The notes below the pieces were generated by a model. The model saw only the letters and a list, made by a program, of their open reading frames with translations, did no database searches and was not told the origin of the DNA. Shown here in pieces: positions 47,694-59,800 of a stretch of DNA of 64,000 nucleotides. Within the stretch, counting starts at the first letter, position 1; each line of letters begins with the position of its first letter. This DNA comes from an uncultured virus (IMG/VR IMGVR_UViG_3300023179_000076). Taxonomy: Duplodnaviria > Heunggongvirae > Uroviricota > Caudoviricetes. Where the stretch lies: IMG/VR virus record IMGVR_UViG_3300023179_000076, positions 1 through 64,000 of that record; one strand, 5' to 3'. The position numbers and the translations under genes were made by a program.

Positions 47694-50266
47694 ATGCTAC
47701 ACACTCCTGTGAATAAAATAACACCAAAATCCCAATTACCTAAGATATCTTCTGCTTCTTGTATTTCTTCTGCTGTTTGAGTATTATTATCAATAACAGC
47801 CTCACCTTCTTCTGGATCAATTTCAATTATGGTCAAGCCAGAAGAATATAAAAATGAATATGCGCTAGGCCCGCTGGTATTCCATGCACTAATTCTATAT
47901 AAATAATCTTTTCTACTAGATAAGCCTGTTATAGTCTCGTCGGTATCTGTGATAAAATTATTTCCAGATGGTAAATTATAATAGTACCAAGTATTACCAT
48001 AATCTTCTGATTCTTCTATCACATAACCAGAAAACGCTGCTTCTCCACCAAGTCCTAATTGGGCGCTATCGCCCCAAGATAAATTAATTTGAGAAATATT
48101 AGTATCTATAACTTCTCTAGTTCCAGATAGTGATATGGGAGAAGTTGGTACGGTTGTATTTGTTACAAATATTGATGTGGCTTCGGAATAAGATCCGATA
48201 CCAACTTTATTTTGAGCAGCTACTCTGAAAATAATATTGCTACCAACACTTTTGATAGTACAAGATTGTTGATTGGATATTCCTCTATCAATATAGGCCG
48301 TGCTGTTTGGGGCTGTATCCTGAGCGTTAGTCCAAGTTGATCCATCGTCTAATGAAAATTGAATATGATACTTAATAATACTACTATTTCCATCGTTTGT
48401 TGGAGCATCCCACTGAATTGAATATTCGTAATTACCGGCACCGGCATTGTAATGACCAACAGACCCTCTAACATTCAATGGTCTAGATGGTACCGTTGGA
48501 TTGGTTCTTGGTGTTCTAGATACAATTTTTCCATTACTATCTATAGTTAATAAAGCATTAGCAATATATTTTCCTGTATTATCTTGAGATGGTGCAGGTT
48601 TTAAATATATGTCTTCTGTCGTTATTGTTGTAGAATATGTGTGTCCACTTATTGTTAAATCTGCATATGTAGATAATGTAGAATTTCCACTTGGTATACT
48701 AGATAAAATATATGATCCACTAGTATTTATACTAATTTTAGCTTTATCATCAAAACTCCATCCAGATGGAATAGTTTTATTTCTATCTAAATATCTACTA
48801 AATACAACACCAGATGGGGATCCTATAACAGAATTTTCGATATTAGCGTCTACTTTAAAGGCTGGTTCTAAACCTTTAGGAATATAATTTTCATTTAGTT
48901 CATATATATCACTAACATAATTATTATATGGAATAGTTTTTTTACCATAAATTAAGAAATCAATATTTTCTCCAAGCATATTGAATGAAGTAAAAATATT
49001 TGGTCTTATACTAATATTATTAGATGTTGATGGTTTAAAAGTTAAATTTGTAGCATCTGGACACAATAGTGGATCTATAGCATCCGGAGACAACTGCATA
49101 GGTAAATAGCCGCCTTTTGTAACAGAAAAAGCGAATCCATTCTGATCTAAGAATGTGCTTTGTAATAATGGATCAGATGGACACATGTGTACTATTAAAA
49201 CAGGAACAGGTGTTGGGGACTGTCCGACGCCAACAGTTTCCATAGGGTCAAAAATTTCTGTTGACTCAAAAATATCTGTAAAGTCATACGGACCTATAAC
49301 CAAGCCAGTCGGAACAGATTCTGCAAATGGAGAAATATCAGTGGTGGCGAATTTACTAAAAATATATTGTCTTTCTTCTCCATCCCCACCCAAATTTTCT
49401 AATCTTATAGTATCCAAACCGTCACCGAACTCCTTAATTATCTGCTCTATACTTGTGACAGCTGGATATGGAGACCATGTTCTATCAGATAAATAAAATG
49501 CTATTCTATTATTAGATAAAAATGATACCGGTCTTCTTGGAAATCTAATCCACGATAAACCAACATCTTCTAATCCCTCATATGGGACTTGTGAATCATA
49601 ATTTTCCCTTAGATATGTGGCTGGTTTCCACTGAGCAACATTACCGGAACCATTATGAGTTAATATATATCCTTTATAAGATTCAAGATCATTATTTGGT
49701 CCTAACACAATACCACTATTGGCCTGTATAGCAACATTTGTACTTATACTAGCAGGAAAAAGAATATCTCCTTCAGCATCTGTTGATTCAGGTACTAAAT
49801 TAATATAATCGAATGTGTCAATTTTTCTAGTTGTGGGAACAACGACGCCATTTTGTATAAATTGAGGAACAAGATATAATAGCGATCCTGGAGAACCTCC
49901 TGGAAAAGATAGAAAATTACCAGTATTATATACGATATAATCAGTAGAAATTAGTGTTGAGTCATCTTTTTTAATTACTATTCCACTATTAACACCAGAA
50001 TAAAATGGAATAATACCTCCAGTAGCATTAATTTTACCAAAATTTTCTGCCAAAATAGTATTTGCTCTAATACCACTTGTATCTACAAAAGATCGACTAA
50101 TTAACTTTATGCCGCTGTTAGCTGCTAAGAACATACTACCGCTAGCTGCTAAACTAACATGATTACTACTTAATAGATTATAATATACTCCATCTATTTT
50201 ATTATTTCCTGTTTGAATATTAACACCAGGCCAATTACGTGGATTTAGAATATTATACCATAACAT
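47690..50266 (-). CDS. Tail fibre-like protein with two fibronectin type III domains
   Basis: PSRPLNV...IQWDAPTNDGNSSIIKYHIQFS.DDGSTW...FRVAAQNKVGIGSYS; second unit LSW...YLYRISAWNTSG. Confidence 0.78.
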   Translation of the reverse strand: MLWYNILNPRNWPGVNIQTGNNKIDGVYYNLLSSNHVSLAASGSMFLAANSGIKLISRSFVDTSGIRANTILAENFGKINATGGIIPFYSGVNSGIVIKKDDSTLISTDYIVYNTGNFLSFPGGSPGSLLYLVPQFIQNGVVVPTTRKIDTFDYINLVPESTDAEGDILFPASISTNVAIQANSGIVLGPNNDLESYKGYILTHNGSGNVAQWKPATYLRENYDSQVPYEGLEDVGLSWIRFPRRPVSFLSNNRIAFYLSDRTWSPYPAVTSIEQIIKEFGDGLDTIRLENLGGDGEERQYIFSKFATTDISPFAESVPTGLVIGPYDFTDIFESTEIFDPMETVGVGQSPTPVPVLIVHMCPSDPLLQSTFLDQNGFAFSVTKGGYLPMQLSPDAIDPLLCPDATNLTFKPSTSNNISIRPNIFTSFNMLGENIDFLIYGKKTIPYNNYVSDIYELNENYIPKGLEPAFKVDANIENSVIGSPSGVVFSRYLDRNKTIPSGWSFDDKAKISINTSGSYILSSIPSGNSTLSTYADLTISGHTYSTTITTEDIYLKPAPSQDNTGKYIANALLTIDSNGKIVSRTPRTNPTVPSRPLNVRGSVGHYNAGAGNYEYSIQWDAPTNDGNSSIIKYHIQFSLDDGSTWTNAQDTAPNSTAYIDRGISNQQSCTIKSVGSNIIFRVAAQNKVGIGSYSEATSIFVTNTTVPTSPISLSGTREVIDTNISQINLSWGDSAQLGLGGEAAFSGYVIEESEDYGNTWYYYNLPSGNNFITDTDETITGLSSRKDYLYRISAWNTSGPSAYSFLYSSGLTIIEIDPEEGEAVIDNNTQTAEEIQEAEDILGNWDFGVILFTGVCSI

Positions 50267-50278
50267 ATTTAATTCCTA

Positions 50279-53200
50279 TTAATAAAAATAAGGACCTATA
50301 AATATACCGCTTGGTCTACACCAGTACGGAATATTATTTGTTTCTATAAGTAGTGGGTCTTCACAATCTAATGATTCTCCATTACCATTTGGTGGATAGG
50401 GAGGCTCTGTTTCACCATATACTCCATCTTTTCTAACAGAAGCTGTTGAGTTTGACCAATACACATTGCTGTTAGATCCACCTGTTTCATTTTGTTGTGG
50501 TGGTGGATCTCCATCTACAATTGTTTGTCCACTAATAGTTTCTTCAGTTGGTACTTCTGGCTCAAATCCAATATCGCTCAGTGAAGAAGCAATTGTTCCG
50601 TCTCTCACTATAAGTTTATCAACAACTAGCCAACCACTTACTGTTAGATCCGCCAAAAGTTGTTTGGGAACAACTGTTGAGTTAGTATTTTGAGATTGAG
50701 TAGTAGTTATCTTTTCTGTTGCAACAATATATGGAGTGTCTGTATTTATGGTCACAACCGGTTTGCCAGAAACAAGTACGGCTGGTACTGGTTGAAAATA
50801 TGCTGCTTTATGCCACTGATGAATATTGGGTAAGAAATACTTCTTATTACTATTATGTGTTATTAAATAACTATTATTTTCTCTTAGTAAACTATATGCA
50901 CCATCGTCCAAAATTTCATCAATTAATTTATCAGCAAAATCTATACCAGAAGGAGTTCCGTTATGTAGCCAATTAACAAATTTTATAGCATTAATATAAC
51001 TAATAAAATTTACTGGCTTATTAGCCATGTTCAATTTTGTAGTATAAGAATATGAAGAACCATTAGTATTTCTAAGTATACCGCCGCTATCTTCAGTATC
51101 CATCCTAGTATCATACAATCCACTACTAGTATAATTTATTCCTGTGGCAACAGCATTAAGATATCTAGCATATTGAGCATTAGTTGTTTCGTATGTACTA
51201 ATTCTATAGTTTCTATCAACATATCCTAAATTGAATATATTTTCTGTGTCATACGATTCTTCAGATGACCTAAGATATAGACTATCTGTGTCCGCAATGT
51301 TATATGCGTCGTTAATTGTTTGAAAACTAAAATTTAGAATAGATCCTATTGGTGAACTATCTGTTATATTGGATACGCTGGCGATTCTAAATCCTATATG
51401 ATTATACCCACTAGTTATAACTGCGGGTTCAATACTTTTTAGATATATTGGATCATGTGTTTCTGTTGATCCACCAGCAGCATATTGAATAGAATTATTA
51501 GAATCAATAGGATCTGGCTCTAGCCACTCTGCAACGTTTCCATTTTGGTCATATGTTCCATAATGACTACTAATACCATTGGTTCCAACAGATGATACTA
51601 TACCACTAAAAACATTATTACTACTATTATATTTAAAATTAGCAGAACTAAAGTTATTATTTATTCCGCTACCACCAATATTAACTGGTATGGATGCTAT
51701 TGTATTATTTTCAGTAGCATAATTATAATATATTCCAGATATTTGTGTTTTTGAGCCAACATTAGCATATACTTTAAAAGCCGGTATGGTATCCGTACCA
51801 TATATACTAAAATCAATATTTTTTTGTGCTGTATTAAAAATTGTTTCAAAATTAGGTCTAATACTAAGCCTAATAGATGTTGAGTCGGAATCTATATCTG
51901 TGGTACTCTTTTGTATTGTTAAATAGCCACCCTTTGATATGGAAAAAACTGATAAGCTATCAACACTATTACTTGTTACATTTTGGTTTAGAATTAATTC
52001 TGAGATACTATTTTGATCCATTACCATATCGGTAATAGTTCTATATATAGTATTATTTCCATTAATAATTTCTACTTGATCGCCAATACTAAATTCTTCT
52101 GATGGAACACTATCATCAAAAATTACTTGTTTTAAACATATTGTGCATGATCTGCGTTGATATTTGTTCCATACAATATCTTTTTCTGTTAAGAAATAGT
52201 CGTCTGTATCATAAACGCCAACAACATTATTGTTAATATCTGTGGTTAAAAATTTATTACCAGAAATATTATTAAAAATAAAACCATTATTACCACTATT
52301 TATTGTTATTCCATCTAATGGTACAATAGTTTTATTATTAGATAATACCAATATACTACTACTAGCAATATTTGGTAATGTTATTGTGTTTGCTGATATA
52401 TTATTAGCTGATACTAATCCATTACTAGTTACAGATCCAGAACCAAAGAACAGTGTATTAAAATTAAATGTTATATTATCTGTACTGTTATTAAGATTTA
52501 TATATGTGTTGGGTGTTCCAATAATGGCTGATGATGCTGCTTTAGCTTCAATATTGGATCCAGATAATGATATATTTCCATTATTATTAATATTAAGTTG
52601 CTTACTATTATTATATCCAATATTAATATTACTTAAATCTCCAGAAACTATATTTTGTTGATTATTTCCAGAAGCAACGCTTAATACCAAACCACCATAT
52701 CTGTTTGTTGGACTAGAAGCCAAGCCCCTAACCAGAGCATAGTCTGTTTGAACATTGTTAGAATCTTTACCAGCCAAATTTAATATGGAGCATATTGTAT
52801 TATCGGACAGAGATGATGATGGCTTGTGATAAAGAGTTAGTTTAGCTGGTTGGCAGCTTGTTCTATTTTCTAATCTTAGTATTTCGCTACAACTATAATT
52901 TACAACATGAAAAATAGTTTGAGGTCTGGACCCAGATGGAATATTAATACCAACTCTACCATCATAACTAAAAAATAAATTTCTATATGGTTGTCCACTA
53001 CCGTATACTATAAAATCGCTAGCTTGATAATCTTGATTAAATATTGTATCTGCTGAACCAGAAGTTGGTATAACAGTATGGGCCAGAGACTCTGAACTAG
53101 ATCCTAATAGTAGCTTATTAGTATCGCCAGAACTCCAATATGCTTCTGATCCTAGTAGTCCATTCGATCCATCATTATATTGAAAAGAATATGCTGCTCC

Positions 53201-53845
53201 GCCAGGATTGCTTTGAGCAGAAAAAGTTGGATTAGACAACAAAGCATAATCATAGTGATCGTTCTCATTTAATATATACCAAGTTTGTCCATCGCAAACT
53301 AGCCTGGTTGAATTTTTTGTTGACTCAAAAATTGAACCATCATTATTTCTAATAATTACATTATGAGCAGACGAGATGGGTTTAATATCGACAACTACAT
53401 TTCTAGCATTGTTAGATTGAGGTAATACACAATCAATATTTTTATCGTTGTTATCTACCAAATAAATGCTTGTTACATTATCAATAGTAAAATGATCATT
53501 TTTAAGAATAACATTATTAAAACTAGTATTAAAATTAGTATTATTTACAAAGAGATAGAATTCATTTTCATTGCCAGTAAATATTACTGACTTATTATTA
53601 TTTGATGAGCTAGATATTTCAATTTTTTTAATATTTAATAAGCTATCAACAAATTGAACTTCGCCAACTCCAATTTCCCATTTATATCCATCTTTGATAT
53701 TTCGAATTAAATATGGTATAAAATATCCAATACTATCTTGTTCTAATAATTTATAGCCTGCTATGGCTTTATTGGGAACAATAATATTTTGATTAATAGA
53801 GCAATAAAAACCTATATTATTAAATATTTTAGTTATTTTATTCAT
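50279..53845 (-). CDS. Tail fibre-like protein with an inserted, circularly permuted FGE-sulfatase (C-lectin fold) domain
   Basis: WEIGVG N-terminus, DGRVGIN..PQTIFHV fibre motif, YGTYDQNGNVAEW, IGFRIAS, YETTNAQY, NKPVNFIS, LP...WHKAA. Confidence 0.75.
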   Translation of the reverse strand: MNKITKIFNNIGFYCSINQNIIVPNKAIAGYKLLEQDSIGYFIPYLIRNIKDGYKWEIGVGEVQFVDSLLNIKKIEISSSSNNNKSVIFTGNENEFYLFVNNTNFNTSFNNVILKNDHFTIDNVTSIYLVDNNDKNIDCVLPQSNNARNVVVDIKPISSAHNVIIRNNDGSIFESTKNSTRLVCDGQTWYILNENDHYDYALLSNPTFSAQSNPGGAAYSFQYNDGSNGLLGSEAYWSSGDTNKLLLGSSSESLAHTVIPTSGSADTIFNQDYQASDFIVYGSGQPYRNLFFSYDGRVGINIPSGSRPQTIFHVVNYSCSEILRLENRTSCQPAKLTLYHKPSSSLSDNTICSILNLAGKDSNNVQTDYALVRGLASSPTNRYGGLVLSVASGNNQQNIVSGDLSNINIGYNNSKQLNINNNGNISLSGSNIEAKAASSAIIGTPNTYINLNNSTDNITFNFNTLFFGSGSVTSNGLVSANNISANTITLPNIASSSILVLSNNKTIVPLDGITINSGNNGFIFNNISGNKFLTTDINNNVVGVYDTDDYFLTEKDIVWNKYQRRSCTICLKQVIFDDSVPSEEFSIGDQVEIINGNNTIYRTITDMVMDQNSISELILNQNVTSNSVDSLSVFSISKGGYLTIQKSTTDIDSDSTSIRLSIRPNFETIFNTAQKNIDFSIYGTDTIPAFKVYANVGSKTQISGIYYNYATENNTIASIPVNIGGSGINNNFSSANFKYNSSNNVFSGIVSSVGTNGISSHYGTYDQNGNVAEWLEPDPIDSNNSIQYAAGGSTETHDPIYLKSIEPAVITSGYNHIGFRIASVSNITDSSPIGSILNFSFQTINDAYNIADTDSLYLRSSEESYDTENIFNLGYVDRNYRISTYETTNAQYARYLNAVATGINYTSSGLYDTRMDTEDSGGILRNTNGSSYSYTTKLNMANKPVNFISYINAIKFVNWLHNGTPSGIDFADKLIDEILDDGAYSLLRENNSYLITHNSNKKYFLPNIHQWHKAAYFQPVPAVLVSGKPVVTINTDTPYIVATEKITTTQSQNTNSTVVPKQLLADLTVSGWLVVDKLIVRDGTIASSLSDIGFEPEVPTEETISGQTIVDGDPPPQQNETGGSNSNVYWSNSTASVRKDGVYGETEPPYPPNGNGESLDCEDPLLIETNNIPYWCRPSGIFIGPYFY

Positions 53846-53846
53846 A

Positions 53847-56800
53847 TTATGTGAATCTTCTAGGATCTATATCTATATTAAAATCTATAGTATCGTTTTG
53901 TGGATTTTTTGCTTTAAGATCCGCAAACGCGCCTCGGATGGCAGATATAACTATTCCGGCTATATCTGGTCGTAATTGATTCAATACTGTATCTCCATTA
54001 ATTGTGACAACAACATCGTGTTTTCCTGTTATAGTAATTTGTGGTGGTATATAAATATTACTAAGTATATTAGCAATATTATTTAATCTATTAACAAAAT
54101 TATCAATACTAGCAAGATCAGCCCCATTATTAGATACACCACCACCAGCATTGTTTGGTTGTTTTAGACCAGACAGTGCTTTATCAAAAGCTTCTGTTAT
54201 ACTACTACTAACGGCTCCTACTAGACTATTTAAATATTTGGTAAAATCAAAAGATGGAGTAGCAGAGCCTGCGGACCCCATTAAGCCTCCAATAAATTTA
54301 TATTCTGGAATATATCCACCTTTATTTAAATAATTAACTATTCCACCTCTGCTATAATTACCATTATTAATAGCTTCAAGAACAGGCTTATATTTTTGAG
54401 TTGAATCCCTATTAACTACAAATTCACCAGGTGTCAACATAGCCGGAACAGTATCAGTACCTCTTGGTTTAAAATTAATTAGTCTACCATTATTAGCATA
54501 TATTAATCCACCAGCTTGATGATGTTGAACATTTTCTGATTTCATATCCATATCATGCAAGTATTTCTTTACTGCAGTCATCATAGTATTATGCACACCC
54601 GTAGCGAAACCAGCAACTGCTTGATCTCCTTGATGAGCAGCGTTCAATAAAGTCTGAAGTGTTGTTTCTTGCATTTTAATAAATGCATTTGGATCACTAA
54701 ATGCAATATCTAAACCAGATGGTTGAATTTCTCCACTAATACCACGAAAACCCAACATATCTCTGGTTTGTTTTGGGTCTATCTTATTGGGGTAGGCGAC
54801 TCTAACAGGAGCAACTTGTTCCATGGTTGGCATAGCAGCACCAACCAATGGATCTTCGATCTGAACACGACGATATTTTTCTAGATATGTATTTAATGCT
54901 TGCTCTTGTATTGTGCCTGGAGGAATTAAAGGTTCTGCTGGAGCAAATTTAGATATATTCGCATTTAATTTATCTAATAACTCTTGAGATACTGGTTGAT
55001 TTTCAAAATTTTTGCTAGCTTTTTGAACTAATAATTTTGCCTCTGGACTTAGAGTGTTGCTCAAAACACTAACATTACTAAGAACCTGGTCTAAAGTTTT
55101 ACCCGATTGTAATTCTGCTACAACATTACCTTGTAAATATGCTATAATTCTTCTAACATCTTCCTGAGTATAATATCCAAGTCCTTGATTTCCCCAACCC
55201 GGTCTTCTAGCATCCATATTCTCTGGTATAGCGCCGGGTAAACCCGTTCTAGGGGATATCCCCTCTGATCCACCACTAATAGTTCGTTTAGAAAGTGTTG
55301 GAGTTTCTCCTTGTTGAGTATTGGTATACTGTTCTGGAAAATTATTTTCTCGGGATGCTCTAATGGCACTAAATACCTTTAAATCTTCTCCATCAATTCC
55401 GGCCATGCGCAACATGTCACGATTAATAACGTCGTCACCAATCAATAGTTGAGCTGCTTTTTCAAATTGTGTCACATCTTCTGCTGTAAATTGTCTTTGA
55501 CCATAGCCAAATGCTCCAGTGCCGCCTCTGCCGGATGCTGGCATTCTTTGTGATATTCGATCCTGGATGATTTTTTCAGCCCATTTGGTTCTAGCTTCTC
55601 GTATTTGAGCACGACCAAAAGTGGCGCCACCGACCATAGCAGCGAGTATTTGATTTGTATTAAGCTCCCACAAGCTTTTTGGCACATGAGGATCGTCGGG
55701 GCTAGTAACTATCATCTCGCCAGCATTAGTCAATACCTGAACACCGGCATCTGATGCTCCAGAAGCTATGGCTGCTACAGCCCTATCTGTCCATGCTCTC
55801 TTTGATGTAAGAGTCTGTGCCTCTCTAACAATTCCAGAAACACCAGCTCGATAACCAGCTTGAGCTAAACTAGCACCCATGGGAACTATAGATCCTGCTG
55901 TTGTAGCATATGGATTAGCTTCTTTAATTTCATCAAATCTTTCTTTAACGCCAATGGCTTCTTCTAATTTGCCCATTCCAAAACTTGTAGCAGCATATGT
56001 TGCGCCATATACTATTGGTATAGCTAAAGCATAAGCTACTGTCCCCCACGGGGGAGCAGCAGCCATAGGAGACAATGCTGTTGATGCGGCACCAGCTGCT
56101 TGCGAAGCGGCTAAATGAGCAACTGTAGATTCTCCAGCAGATATACCAAAGGCTGTAAGAGTACTATTTTCTCTAGCCTTTTGCCTATCTTGTCTTCTTC
56201 TGGTTTCTTCGACAGCATAGGCTAGTTCAGCCCATGTAACATTGGTATATGGTATTGTGTCATCTTGACTAAACTTATTTCTTTCCAAATCTTCTAGATT
56301 AATATTTCTCATTGATCTGGGTGCATCAGATTTCCAAATACTAGGATCGACAGTATAAACACCGGGAGCTATTTCTTCGAGAGTGGGAGATATGGGGCTG
56401 GGCCGATTATCTCTACGAGAACTATCAGAAGTCATATCTGTATCTAAATGCATTCCGCCAGCCGCATAAATAATCCCGCCCTTACTATAGCCTTTACTGC
56501 CAGAGTTTATGGCTTTGAGTAATGGTAGATTAGCTTTTGTTGCGGCCCTATTAATCACAAATTCACCAGGCGTTAACATGGCCGGAACAGTGTCTGTTCC
56601 TTTTGGTTGAAAATTTATCAGCCTACCAGTACTAGCATAAATCAATCCGCCTCTTGCTTTATTAATAGGTTCCTCGATCTCTAATTGTAATTGATCGAAT
56701 AATCGCTCGCTGTCCGGTAATACCCCGTATTTATTTCCTGTTAAAAAAGCATGTGCTGGTTGAGCTGTTAGTCTTCTAAAACCATCAAAATTATTTTTAT

Positions 56801-59800
56801 TGAATGGTTGTGATAGTTCTTCTTGAGATTTTGCAAAATCTGCTCCTAAGTTTAAATATTTATCCTGATAATCAGTATACCACTCTTTTAAGATATCAAT
56901 ACTTTTAGCAGCTGTGAGCGCTGTGGGATCTCCGTAATCAAATACAAGATTTCCATTTTGATCCGTTCCTTTCTTATATAGTTCTTCCAAAACGCTTAAG
57001 TATTTTTCACTTCTAAAAGTTGGGGTAGCAAATACATTTCGTGGATTTAAACCTATATCCATCACATCTTTATACGACTGAGGAACAAGTTCCTTGTCGC
57101 CTTGAAGAAGAGTGTCCCCACCATCTTCATAAATTCTAGCCTGTGAACCACTAATCTTAAGTTTTTCTTTATCTTCATCACTTAGTGTTCCGGCAAAAGC
57201 TGTTCCGCTTTTTAATGCTATTTCTCTATTAATAATATTTTTGATTGGACCTTCAGCAGATTTTGGATCCAAATAATCAACATAGGCTGCTTCTTTTTTA
57301 TCTTTAAATCCAGGAACAGGAATCTGTGGAGATTTTTTAGGATCTGTAAAATACTTATTATTAATTGGTAATCCTAATCCTTTAAGAAATTGAGGAGTAT
57401 CAAGATCAGTACCTTTATAAGTTCCTTTATATAATTCTACAAAAAATGCTCTATAAGCATAATTTTTTAACCATTCTGGATTAGTTAATCTTTGATCAGG
57501 AACTGTTTTTGATAAATCTTTAGATAATTTAGTTTCATTATCATTAAGTTCTCTAATTATAGAGCGAACATCTTCTAGTTTAGCTGGTTTAGCAGATTTG
57601 ATCCCGATTGCTTTTTTACCAATATCATAAACTGCTCGTGCAATACCAACTTTTTTAGCATTTGTAAAAGCATCTCCTGTTTCTAGTTTTATTTTAGGTT
57701 TGGTTTTAGCAGTATCTACAGCTTCATTCTTAAATACTTCTGCTGCTCTATCTTTTAGATTTTCTTTAAACTTTAGAGCATCGACCTCCATATCTGTTAC
57801 TACAGACGGAACAATATACGGAACAAAATCTTGTAATACCGACTTATATTGATTGCCTAACTCAGATTCAACACTATCAAAACCACCCATAGGATCAGCA
57901 AACATGTATTTGAAAGTTTTTTCGGCTCCTATTAATTTTCCAGTTTTATTATCATATTGATTAGTATTATTTTTTAATTGATTATTAAAATTTTGCCATT
58001 GATTTTCTGGAATAAATAACTTATCTTGTGACATTTCTCCAAAAGGAGATCTATTATTATCTTGTTTATCTATAACATAATAATTAATTGGTTCTCCAAC
58101 AAATTGTCTTTTTGATGTATCGTATCTTGTGCCTCTTGTGATTTTTCTGTAAAAAAACCAAGGCGCTAAATCTTTTTCTTTTCCGTATTCTATAGGTGGA
58201 CTTAAAGTATCAAATAGTTTTTGAGGCTTGGGTCCGAATTGTGATTTACCAGATGATACAAAATTTTCATGAGTGATATCAGTAACATTAAAGTCTTTAG
58301 ATAGCCACGGATACGAATCAATTCTATTTCCTGTTTTTAGATCTATCAAATCAATAAAATTATCTGTATCAGCTTTAAAATCATCATTTATAGGCAACAA
58401 ATCTGCCAAATTATTTCCATTATTCTTTGATTTTTCTAATTTAGTTTTGAATTTATCTATTTGATTTTGCCATTGATTTGCTCCAATATTATATAAAGTT
58501 AAAGGTAATAGTTTGCCCTTAGCTTTTTGTCCATCTAAAATATTTTCATCTTCATCCCCTAATTCTATAGAGAATAATTTTTTATTTGCAAAATCTTCTA
58601 GTAAACTTATAATTGTTTTTTTATTTTGAAATTTTGAAGATGCTACAAATTTTTCTTTATCCATATTTTCAATGACTCGTTCTAAATTAGCATAGTTTTG
58701 TTTTGTAATGGATAAGTCCGCAAAAGCCTGCGAATAGTCAGATAGTAAACCGCCTGAGCCTCCTGCCGATTTATAATCTGTAAGATTCTCAATTTTTACC
58801 CCACCTCCGGTATTTGAGAATACTCCTTGAGGCATTCGACTAAGATTAATTGGATATGCCGCTGACTCCGAAATTTTATCTTTGCTTAAAAGATATTTTT
58901 TAGTTGAATCACTAACAGCTAAATTGTCTATAGACGCTTCGGAATTCGGATACCCAAAAAAAGCTCGTGGTATTTTTATATCAAGGACACTGTCTTTAAT
59001 TCTTGGAATAAATTTATCTTGAGTGGTAATATCCTTATCCAATATATTTTTATCAATTAAATTTAATATATTTTTATAAATAGGTTTATTTTTTTCTAAT
59101 TGCTGTTTTGTTATCGGTTTTTCATCACTAGACAAAAATTTGGATGTATCTAATAACGATTTGATTATTCTTTCAGCTCCTAAACCATTATACATATAGG
59201 AGTTTTTATCATTAACATCTATACTATTACCAACATAAGAAGATCCGGGAACTATGTTAAAATTACTATTTGGTACTGGTTTTTTAATTATTTTTTGTGT
59301 AAACCAATTTCTCTCTGCTGGAAACTCAATATCTTGTGTATATTTTTTATATGCTCTGGCGGGAGTTAATAGAAGTTCTTTTTGGTCGTCTGCTTTTGGT
59401 TCTTTTTTAACTTCTGGATAAGATTTTGATGTTTGTAGCTCGGTTTTGTCTCGTTCTGATGATTGATATAATTTTTGTTTATCTGGTGTTGTCCAATTCT
59501 CTCCAGGTACAATACCACCATCTTGTAGATAATTAATCTTTCCTCCTCGACTACTATTAATACTTTGTAATAATGGTAAATTACGTCTAGTCGAAGCTCT
59601 ATTAACAACAAATTCTCCAGGAGTTAACATAGCCGGTACGGTGTCCGTACCTTTTGGAGCAAAGTCTATGGATGCTCCATTACTGGCATAAACGATACCT
59701 CCGGTAGCAAATCCTGATGCTTTTTGATTATTTGCTACTAAATTTTTTAAATTAATAATTTCTAATCTAATATCATTCAATATTTTCTCTTCAAATGTAA

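Noticed and set aside
51370..51480. Diversity-generating retroelement target (C-lectin fold ending in GFR)
   Set aside because: No reverse transcriptase or template repeat was seen in the window, and the GFR motif is internal because of the permutation
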